DNA of 32,480 bases from a virus (taxonomy: Duplodnaviria; Caudoviricetes): the IMG/VR virus record IMGVR_UViG_3300034088_000006, positions 1-32,480 of that record. The stretch is one strand, 5' to 3'. Positions 18,055 through 24,061 of the stretch are shown piece after piece. Below the pieces are notes generated by a model, which saw only the letters and a program-made list of their open reading frames with translations, was not told the DNA's origin and did not search any database. The translations under genes and the position numbers were made by a program. Every line of letters begins with the position of its first letter. The stretch's first letter is position 1.

Positions 18055-18149
18055 TAAGCGCCCCAATAAGGCAAACAGTTAATATCATTATCCCAATACC
18101 AGTTAAAGCCGCAATAAATAAAGGCGTGATTATTCAATACAGTTACCAT
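18054..18149 (-). CDS. 31-aa small protein (not in track)
   Basis: MVTVLNNHAFIYCGFNWYWDNDINCLPYWGA; TAATG overlaps at both ends. Confidence 0.6.
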   Translation of the reverse strand: MVTVLNNHAFIYCGFNWYWDNDINCLPYWGA

Positions 18150-18391
18150 TAAAGCACCAAATTGCAAAGTCGATTAATTTCTTTATCTTCGCCTCGCAAA
18201 GCATAAATTCGCTTTATAACATCTTTGATTGTTTCAATTTCTTTATTTTTATCTTCAATTTCTGATTCGTGCAATTGCTTTTGAGTTTTGTAATCTAGCT
18301 TAATTTGTGTTAGCTTATTATATGCATCATCTCTAGACTGCAATGCATTTTGATAATCAACTCTCGAAACTGAGTAAGGAATGCGAGGCAT
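18149..18391 (-). CDS. Hypothetical coiled-coil protein
   Basis: Track ORF, coupled by TAATG, GGAG SD. Confidence 0.65.
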   Translation of the reverse strand: MPRIPYSVSRVDYQNALQSRDDAYNKLTQIKLDYKTQKQLHESEIEDKNKEIETIKDVIKRIYALRGEDKEINRLCNLVL

Positions 18392-18621
18392 TATAAACGC
18401 TCCCTTCGTGACTTCTCAACGGCTTCATTATATGAACGAATCAATTTATTTGTTTCGTCTGATTGCTTTTTAAGCTGCTCTTTCCATTCACGCTCAGCTT
18501 GATTCACTAAACAAGCATGAGCAATTATACCGCAAATAGGCAAAGCAAACATTACAGCACAAACTAAACCGCAAATAAATTTGAAAACCTTTGCAGCTTT
18601 TGATGGTTGATCTGAAATCAT
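18391..18621 (-). CDS. Hypothetical single-TM protein
   Basis: Hydrophobic residues 12-37, then a charged helix; ATGA coupling. Confidence 0.65.
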   Translation of the reverse strand: MISDQPSKAAKVFKFICGLVCAVMFALPICGIIAHACLVNQAEREWKEQLKKQSDETNKLIRSYNEAVEKSRRERL

Positions 18622-18761
18622 AGTTTAATCCTTTCATCAAGAAAGCGTCTTGGCCCTTTGAATGTAATTTCTCTTTCACCTGTTTTAATAAAATTTGAAA
18701 TATTATTCTTTGCCCAATACCAAGCGGCCTGGGGATTTTTAAATTGGTTCCACGGAATCAT
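18618..18761 (-). CDS. 47-aa hypothetical protein (not in track)
   Basis: MIPWNQFKNPQAAWYWAKNN...ERIKL; ATGA overlap with the next gene. Confidence 0.6.
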   Translation of the reverse strand: MIPWNQFKNPQAAWYWAKNNISNFIKTGEREITFKGPRRFLDERIKL

Positions 18762-18794
18762 GTAAAGCCTTTCGAGGGTCGTGCAGATGGATAG

Positions 18795-18932
18795 CTACGC
18801 CACAGCAGTGGGCTGGTTTGAGGGGAGACCAGCGGCTCGACATTCGGTGCATTGGCGCTCCGATGCGCTGGCGTCTTTCTCTGAGGCTTCGTCGTAAGTC
18901 TTGCCGCAGCGGGAGCAGTTCGTCATGTGCAT
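18795..18932 (-). CDS. 45-aa zinc-ribbon protein (not in track)
   Basis: MHMTNCSRCGKTY...RQCTECRAAG; two CxxC; AGGA SD; GC-rich DNA. Confidence 0.6.
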   Translation of the reverse strand: MHMTNCSRCGKTYDEASEKDASASERQCTECRAAGLPSNQPTAVA

Positions 18933-18964
18933 GTGATTCCTATCTTCCAGGCCATCCTGGACAT

Positions 18965-19186
18965 CTACGCCTGGATGGCGCGGACAATGGTTTGACGGAG
19001 AAGCGGGTCACGGTGGGATTCGAAGGCATAGCCGACCATCAGTGATTCATCAGAGATTCGGACCTCGCCACCATTCGCGGCGACGATAGCCCCGACCAGC
19101 GAAAGGGCTTCATTCCGTTGCTTGAGTAGGTTTTCGTTTTCCTCCTCCAGCGCCTTCCTGTTTTCGTAGCTCACTTCTCGGCTCAC
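18965..19186 (-). CDS. Hypothetical protein in a GC-rich insert
   Basis: Likely start GTG 19186 with a GGAGG SD 7 nt upstream; coiled-coil then AIVAANGGEVRIS. Confidence 0.65.
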   Translation of the reverse strand: MSREVSYENRKALEEENENLLKQRNEALSLVGAIVAANGGEVRISDESLMVGYAFESHRDPLLRQTIVRAIQA

Positions 19187-19283
19187 AGTGATGCCTCCGG
19201 TACTGGACAGAAGCAGCGCCATTACAGCTTCTTTAGTGTCCGTTATGTTGAAAGTTTCAAACCCTTATTACTGCCATACCTTA

Positions 19284-19311
19284 ATTCTAAGCACTCAGGC
19301 TAACTTGTCAA
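19284..19311 (-). promoter_or_regulatory. Sigma70 promoter with a spacer motif variant
   Basis: TTGACA-AGTTAGCCTGAGTGCT-TAGAAT (16-bp spacer). Confidence 0.8.
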
Positions 19312-19590
19312 CTTCCAATTATCAAATTTATTAAAATCAAATTTTGTGCCACTTTCAATACAATCTTCATAATAATTTCTAAATGCTATTGCAGCTTTTC
19401 GAGTTTGCGACTCACTTACATTTTTAGAAACACGAAATTTCTTTATTGTAAATTTTCCTTTAATGGAAACTAATACGCCAAAACAAACAATTGGCGTTGC
19501 TCCCGGCCATCGCTTGTCAATTTCAATAAATCTCGAAACACCGTTCGGCAAATTTGAAGTTTTGTTTATTTGACTACTATTGCGAATCAT
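19300..19590 (-). CDS. AP2-like DNA-binding domain protein
   Basis: N...S.LP.GVS...K.F.V.....E..A...AI.FR pattern; AAGGA SD. Confidence 0.6.
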   Translation of the reverse strand: MIRNSSQINKTSNLPNGVSRFIEIDKRWPGATPIVCFGVLVSIKGKFTIKKFRVSKNVSESQTRKAAIAFRNYYEDCIESGTKFDFNKFDNWKLTS

Positions 19591-19602
19591 TAATAATTCC
19601 TT

Positions 19603-19756
19603 TTATTCATAATCAATTAAGCAATTTTGAGAATCAACTTTTGCACATTCAACATTTTGCTCACATTCTTTACAAATATAAAAACCAGATTTCATAATAT
19701 GACCGCTTTCTTTTTTTTTGCTTACAAACAATACATAAATCTTTTGTAGTCATCAT
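19603..19756 (-). pseudogene. Zinc-finger gene interrupted by a frameshift in an A9 tract
   Basis: Removing one A from 19711-19719 gives MMTTKDLCIVCKQKKESGHIMKSGFYICKECEQNVECAKVDSQNCLIDYE, which exactly fills the gap between its neighbours. Confidence 0.65.
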
Positions 19757-19929
19757 GTCACCTTTATATTCATCATTTGCAATTCAAAATCATCTGTGCA
19801 ACGTTGAACAATTTCTTTAAATAACGGAGAATAAATATTAACCAAACCTCTGCATTTAACATCTTCAAAATAAATAACTACATATTCATTAAATTTGCTA
19901 TTTTCTTGAGCAATGTAAATTTCATCCAT
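19753..19929 (-). CDS. 58-aa hypothetical protein (not in track)
   Basis: MDEIYIAQENSKF...MNIKVT; GAGGT SD; ATGA overlap with the next gene. Confidence 0.6.
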   Translation of the reverse strand: MDEIYIAQENSKFNEYVVIYFEDVKCRGLVNIYSPLFKEIVQRCTDDFELQMMNIKVT

Positions 19930-19930
19930 T

Positions 19931-20098
19931 TTAGAACCTCGGCGGAGAACTAGTCAAATGCCAATAATGGCAAAACTCACATTTATAAATCCAGAGCGTT
20001 TTGTTTCGTTTGATGCTTTCCTTTTTCATGTTTTCAAGTGCTACTTTAACACCTTTGTATTTAATCTTGTGAAAGCAAGGATACAAAGCTTCTTTCAT
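19931..20098 (-). CDS. Small zinc-binding protein
   Basis: C..K.KY...IYKCEFCHYWHLTS motif common in phages. Start more likely ATG 20098 than the track start. Confidence 0.7.
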   Translation of the reverse strand: MKEALYPCFHKIKYKGVKVALENMKKESIKRNKTLWIYKCEFCHYWHLTSSPPRF

Positions 20099-20138
20099 TC
20101 GCCTTTCTTCATTCCTTTGTTTCCTGGCATTTTTCAAT

Positions 20139-20261
20139 TCAACTCCTGATATCAAACAACTCACAATACAGAAGAATGATAGCACAGACAACACAAATAA
20201 CAATTACGCAGTTTTCTACATTATTGAATGGCTTATTAAGTCTATCCATAATTTTACTCAT
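20139..20261 (-). CDS. 40-aa membrane peptide (not in track)
   Basis: MSKIMDRLNKPFNNVENCVIVICVVCAIILLYCELFDIRS; AAGGA upstream. Confidence 0.45.
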   Translation of the reverse strand: MSKIMDRLNKPFNNVENCVIVICVVCAIILLYCELFDIRS

Positions 20262-20266
20262 AGTAT

Positions 20267-20368
20267 TTATGTTCCTTGTAAATATGCCAAATGATTAGCG
20301 AAATACCACCAAATGCAAAGCAAAACATGATAATTGCCCAGCGTTTTCAATAATCCGTCGATAGTCAC
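20267..20368 (-). CDS. 33-aa hydrophobic peptide (not in track)
   Basis: GTG start in a GTGA overlap with an AGGTG SD: MTIDGLLKTLGNYHVLLCIWWYFANHLAYLQGT. Confidence 0.4.
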   Translation of the reverse strand: MTIDGLLKTLGNYHVLLCIWWYFANHLAYLQGT

Positions 20369-20517
20369 GCTAACACCTTTCGAGCGTCCACAGTCTTTTC
20401 CAATTGTGTGAAAAAAGCAATAAATCTAGATGCAGTAATTTTGCCATCGGTAAGCATCTTTGCCATATCAACAAACGCTTGTAATTCTTCGTTTGTTAGA
20501 TCAGTGTATCGCATCAT
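20365..20517 (-). CDS. 50-aa hypothetical protein (not in track)
   Basis: MMRYTDLTNEELQAFVDMAKMLTDGKITASRFIAFF...; GAGG SD; ATGA coupling. Confidence 0.65.
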   Translation of the reverse strand: MMRYTDLTNEELQAFVDMAKMLTDGKITASRFIAFFTQLEKTVDARKVLA

Positions 20518-20642
20518 TCAGCCTCATTAATGAAGTATTCAATTTCTTCCATAGTGAAATCGCCAAGTGCTGCATAGTTGTATACAATGCAGCGGTAATA
20601 ATCGTTTAAGATTGAATTGAATGTTATACGTGCTATGTTCAT
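20514..20642 (-). CDS. 42-aa hypothetical protein (not in track)
   Basis: MNIARITFNSILNDYYRC...INEAE; ATGA overlaps at both ends. Confidence 0.6.
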   Translation of the reverse strand: MNIARITFNSILNDYYRCIVYNYAALGDFTMEEIEYFINEAE

Positions 20643-20776
20643 TCGATTGCGCCCTTTCCTTTTTCAAAACCAAGCCTAAAGGCTTCATAAATAAGACCGA
20701 TTGTAAAACCAGCAACAATATACGGACTTAAAGCAACAAAAAACAAAAAATTTACAATGTTGTCTGATGTTTTCAT
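20639..20776 (-). CDS. 45-aa single-TM protein (not in track)
   Basis: MKTSDNIVNFLFFVALSPYIVAGFTIGLIYEAFRLGFEKGKGAIE; AAGGA SD. Confidence 0.65.
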   Translation of the reverse strand: MKTSDNIVNFLFFVALSPYIVAGFTIGLIYEAFRLGFEKGKGAIE

Positions 20777-20825
20777 GTTTTCCTTTCTAAATATATTATG
20801 CAATTTTTATCGCGTCTTATTATAC

Positions 20826-20845
20826 TTACTTCATGTTGCACCTCC
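20826..20845 (-). other. Met-Lys-stop minigene with a perfect SD
   Basis: GGAGGT-gcaac-ATG AAG TAA, directly downstream of a consensus promoter. Confidence 0.6.
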
Positions 20846-20861
20846 GATATTCAATATCAAC

Positions 20862-20889
20862 AGTATAGAATGTTAGCCGGAGTTGTCAA
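20862..20889 (-). promoter_or_regulatory. Sigma70 promoter with the spacer motif
   Basis: TTGACA-ACTCCGGCTAACATTC-TATACT. Confidence 0.85.
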
Positions 20890-20901
20890 GAGAAAAATAA
20901 A

Positions 20902-21039
20902 TTATTCTTCATCGTCAATTTGCAGTCCAGGATTTAAAATATCATAGCAACAATTACAATATTCCTTGCTATTTAAATCATTGCCAAATACAAATATAAT
21001 AATTCCACAGCGTTTGCAATACGATGCTTTGTAACCCAT
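20902..21039 (-). CDS. 45-aa zinc-ribbon protein (not in track)
   Basis: GGAGGT SD; MGYKASYCKRCGII...EYCNCCYDILNPGLQIDDEE. Confidence 0.75.
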   Translation of the reverse strand: MGYKASYCKRCGIIIFVFGNDLNSKEYCNCCYDILNPGLQIDDEE

Positions 21040-21058
21040 GTCTTACCTCCACGCAACA

Positions 21059-21087
21059 AGGATACATTAACCGGCTAACTCTGTCAA
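21059..21087 (-). promoter_or_regulatory. Sigma70 promoter with the spacer motif inverted
   Basis: TTGACA-GAGTTAGCCGGTTAATG-TATCCT (17-bp spacer). Confidence 0.8.
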
Positions 21088-21106
21088 GTGCAAATTCAAA
21101 TATTTT

Positions 21107-21283
21107 TCAATCTCCCTTATATGGCAAATTAGGATGCCAATCTCCATAAGCATAAAATCCAACCGTTCGACCAAATCTATCATGATATTCAATTTCAGCG
21201 GGAATATTAGAACCCGCATAAGCTGTAATATGTTCTGTTAGAGTTCCCCATTTAATCCATTGCCAAATCTTTTTAATAAGCAT
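21107..21283 (-). CDS. 58-aa hypothetical protein (not in track)
   Basis: MLIKKIWQWIKWG...AEIEYHDRFGRTVGFYAYGDWHPNLPYKGD; AAGGGT SD. Confidence 0.7.
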   Translation of the reverse strand: MLIKKIWQWIKWGTLTEHITAYAGSNIPAEIEYHDRFGRTVGFYAYGDWHPNLPYKGD

Positions 21284-21335
21284 AAATTACCCTTTCAAGG
21301 TTACATAATGACCATTATCGAAAGTTACGTTAAAT

Positions 21336-21521
21336 TCAGTTGCAATTAATATGCCTTAAAGCTTCTTTTTCAAAAATCCAAAGGCTTAATTTATAACAAT
21401 AATCGTTTTTATCTTTAATATTAAAACATATGAATCTAAGATAAGTATTTAAATCAGAATAACAAACGCGATTAACCGCTATGTTGTGTTTAGTTTTATA
21501 CGGTTTGTCCAAATATCTCAT
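21336..21521 (-). CDS. Hypothetical protein
   Basis: Start ATG 21521 after AAGGT. Confidence 0.55.
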   Translation of the reverse strand: MRYLDKPYKTKHNIAVNRVCYSDLNTYLRFICFNIKDKNDYCYKLSLWIFEKEALRHINCN

Positions 21522-21560
21522 AAATAAACCTTTCAAATAATGCCCACAAACTAGCTTGCA

Positions 21561-22148
21561 TCAATCGCCGAAGATGCCTTTCAGGCTTTGCGCAGCCGCC
21601 GATAGCGGGGCCTCGGCATCGCTGGAAGGTGCCAAGGCGGCTTCCTGGGGCTTTGGAGCTAGCACAGTGGCAACCTCGGCACCATAGCCGCTGGCGATCA
21701 AGAAACGCTCCGCAGCTTTGGCTTTGAATTGCATAAGCAAAGGCTGAAAGTTAACTTCTTCTGTTTGCTTTCGTTTTGATACTTTTGAATTTTTATTTTC
21801 ACTTCCACTTCTGCATTCTTTACAGGTTCCGCCATTACGCTGAATTAAATTAGTAACCGCAATGTCTTTTATATTTCCACAATCACAAGCACAGCGATAA
21901 TAAGCGATATTTTTTCTGTTTTCCAAACGTTCTAAAACATTCCAAGTTCCGTAACGTTTATTTAACTGTTTTGTTACTTCTTTATTACATTCGCAAATAT
22001 AACTATCGTTTAAAAATGCTCTTACTTCAATTTCGTTGTATTTACCGCAAGAACAACAAACAATAATATACTTTGGATCATTTCGTATTGCATTAACTCC
22101 AATTGCCCACAAATTGCCTCGATTTTGGCCGATTATACTGGTTATCAT
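21561..22148 (-). CDS. Cys-rich protein with tandem homing-endonuclease-type N-terminal repeats
   Basis: Two G...G.(L/W)....C.C.CG repeats (e.g. KRYGTWNVLE...YYRCACDCGN); no HNH motif seen; Ala/Pro-rich tail. Confidence 0.7.
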   Translation of the reverse strand: MITSIIGQNRGNLWAIGVNAIRNDPKYIIVCCSCGKYNEIEVRAFLNDSYICECNKEVTKQLNKRYGTWNVLERLENRKNIAYYRCACDCGNIKDIAVTNLIQRNGGTCKECRSGSENKNSKVSKRKQTEEVNFQPLLMQFKAKAAERFLIASGYGAEVATVLAPKPQEAALAPSSDAEAPLSAAAQSLKGIFGD

Positions 22149-22181
22149 GTTCTGCGCTCCGTGTCATAAGTGACAGCCTCA

Positions 22182-22209
22182 ATTATACGATTGTTTTATC
22201 AATTGTCAA
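22182..22209 (-). promoter_or_regulatory. Consensus sigma70 promoter
   Basis: TTGACA-N16-TATAAT; leader hairpin TGTCA-N4-TGACA at 22162-22175. Confidence 0.85.
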
Positions 22210-22670
22210 CCTTTTTTATATTAATTTATACTTGCTTAACATACTTTATACTTGTTTATCATAATTAATTAAACTATATAATATAAATATAATATATATA
22301 ATAAATATATAATATATAAAAGACTGATAAATATGGAGTATAACAAGTATAACAGTCTAACGGAAAGAAGCTACTTTTTGATATGATAATTTATCACTTT
22401 ATCATATCAATTTTTATGATAATGATAATGGTTTTATCATATCATTATCTTACACTTTCTTACCTTTGTTCTATTATACTTTTTAAGTCCAATTATTTTA
22501 ACACTTAGCCGTTAGACAACTGTTATACTCCGTTATTTTTGTTTCTGCCAATTTTGATAAAGTCCTATATCATTTTTACTATCATAATCAAAAAAGACCG
22601 TATAAAAGCATAGCAAGTATAATTTTATTATAACTTTTTTATGCTAATGAATCGTCTAACGGAAGACAAA
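22210..22670. repeat. AT-rich non-coding region with iterons and inverted repeats (candidate replication origin)
   Basis: A/T-only tract at about 22275-22321; GTCTAACGG x3; (C/G)AGTATAA-type repeats; 12-bp inverted repeat at 22378-22410. Confidence 0.6.
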
Positions 22671-22841
22671 GGGTTGCCGATTGAGCCTCGAAAACAGTTT
22701 GATAAGGAATTGATAAGCGGCCATGAAGACGCCTACAAACGCTGCGTTCGGTGCTGCAAAGCACAGCGGCTTTAACAGCCCAGTTTGTGGGCACGCCACG
22801 CCAGAAAGCTAGCAAACGCTGCGTGTCGCACAGGAATAATA

Positions 22842-22866
22842 AAAAGCCGCTGGTTAGGCGGCTTTT
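22842..22866. terminator. Bidirectional intrinsic terminator
   Basis: AAAAGCCGC-N7-GCGGCTTTT. Confidence 0.85.
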
Positions 22867-22884
22867 GGGATTGATGAAGGATTA

Positions 22885-23325
22885 TTAAGATTCGGTAATG
22901 CAATATTTGATTTTAAAATAACTTCTTAACGGTGTATTGTTAATTTCAGCTTCTGTCATTTTAATAGCCGATTCAATTTTTACTATTCTTCCGCTTGAAG
23001 CAAAATCAATAACATCTTTTGCTTCTTTTAGACTACTGTTTGTAATAATTCGCAGTTCTCTAATTGCATCCAATTTGTTTTGGATAGGTTCTTTTACAAG
23101 TAATTCCCAGTATTTAAATTTAGGTTCTGATTCGACAAAACGCATAATACAATTTTGAATGATGTTTTTACCAAAAACGCAAATAGAACCATCTTCTAGT
23201 TCAAATTGAAACTTATCAATTTGATTCAAATTTTCATAAAAAACATTTGCGCATTCTTGAATTGTTTTATTGAATGTTTGCTTTGTTTTCCAAACCTTAC
23301 CTTGATATTCAATTTCCGTATGCAT
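22885..23325 (-). CDS. Protein with a ribosomal L7/L12 C-terminal-like motif
   Basis: Start ATG 23325 with an AAGGA SD; NKLDAIRELRIITNSSLKEAKDVID. Confidence 0.7.
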   Translation of the reverse strand: MHTEIEYQGKVWKTKQTFNKTIQECANVFYENLNQIDKFQFELEDGSICVFGKNIIQNCIMRFVESEPKFKYWELLVKEPIQNKLDAIRELRIITNSSLKEAKDVIDFASSGRIVKIESAIKMTEAEINNTPLRSYFKIKYCITES

Positions 23326-23326
23326 A

Positions 23327-23518
23327 TTATTTTCCTTCACAAGTGGCATTCGATAATGCCACGGGTTTAAAAACATATTCAGAAAAGAAATCAATATTTT
23401 CCTTTGCTTCATCAATCATATGTTCCTTCAAGATTGAAGTGCAAGGCTTTAGGGATTCAATTTCAGCCGCGCTTACTGCGCAGGCTATTAGAATGTTATT
23501 TAATTTGGAATGTTGCAT
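23327..23518 (-). CDS. Hypothetical protein
   Basis: Start ATG 23518 (MQHSK) with an AAGGA SD. Confidence 0.6.
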   Translation of the reverse strand: MQHSKLNNILIACAVSAAEIESLKPCTSILKEHMIDEAKENIDFFSEYVFKPVALSNATCEGK

Positions 23519-23519
23519 G

Positions 23520-23729
23520 TTATTTTCCTTTAGTTGCTTTTTCAGCTTCTTTAAAACTTTCCCAAGAATCATTAAAATCATTTACCATACAATCGTTTAC
23601 TAAATTTTTAAGTAAAAGTTTATATTTTGCAATCATTCTTACACCTTTCCAATCAGAATTTTTCATTTTATTTATATTCCAATTTAGTTCTTTTATAACA
23701 TCTATTTCTGTTTGTTCTAATTCGTTCAT
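23520..23729 (-). CDS. Hypothetical early protein
   Basis: Start ATG 23729 (MNELEQ) with a GGAGGT SD, first gene after a promoter. Confidence 0.7.
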   Translation of the reverse strand: MNELEQTEIDVIKELNWNINKMKNSDWKGVRMIAKYKLLLKNLVNDCMVNDFNDSWESFKEAEKATKGK

Positions 23730-23750
23730 TGTGTTACCTCCATACCAACC

Positions 23751-23778
23751 ATTATAGCCCATAGTTAGCCGGAGTCAA
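23751..23778 (-). promoter_or_regulatory. Sigma70 promoter with the spacer motif
   Basis: TTGACT-CCGGCTAACTATGGGC-TATAAT. Confidence 0.85.
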
Positions 23779-23832
23779 TAGCAATTCAAAAATATTTTTC
23801 AGAAATCGCAAGTCAAAGCAATTCATCAATCA

Positions 23833-23896
23833 AGAAAAAGGGCCGGGAACAACGTTCCACCGGCCCAAGGCAGTCCGAGCCCCGACAAACTGCCTT
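23833..23896 (-). ncRNA. Candidate small RNA 2 (hairpin plus terminator)
   Basis: Stem AAGGCAGT/ACTGCCTT, then GGGCCGG..GAAC/GTTCCCGGCCC-TTTTT; weak promoter TTGACG-N17-CAAGCT upstream. Confidence 0.45.
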
Positions 23897-23934
23897 AGTG
23901 ACAGCTTGGGTATCTTGCTAGGCTGCGTCAAGGC

Positions 23935-24016
23935 AAAGAAAAGCCGGGAAGTCTCTCAAGCTTCCCGGCTCCCAGCCTCGGCTAGCACTTCCGCGTGTGC
24001 TACCGTTCCTTGCGAA
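23935..24016 (-). ncRNA. Candidate small RNA 1 (hairpin plus terminator; also ends the prim-pol operon)
   Basis: TTGAAA-N16-CATAAT at 24050-24023; stem CGGTAGCAC/GTGCTAGCCG; perfect 10-bp terminator stem AGCCGGGAAG/CTTCCCGGCT-TTTCTTT. Confidence 0.45.
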
Positions 24017-24061
24017 GATAGAATTATGAACCGCACAAACAAATTTTCAAGTCATGCAAAT

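Noticed and set aside
16333-18152. Plus-strand ORFs opposite the early genes
   Set aside because: Antisense to tightly coupled minus-strand genes with clear motifs.
18391-18621. Possible lipoprotein/spanin (IAHAC)
   Set aside because: The lipobox is non-canonical, the Cys is far from the start, and the gene is outside the lysis cassette.
22210-22830. Possible CRISPR array in the repeat-rich region
   Set aside because: Repeats are 8-12 bp, irregularly spaced and in both orientations. The Cas4-like gene is a common stand-alone phage nuclease.
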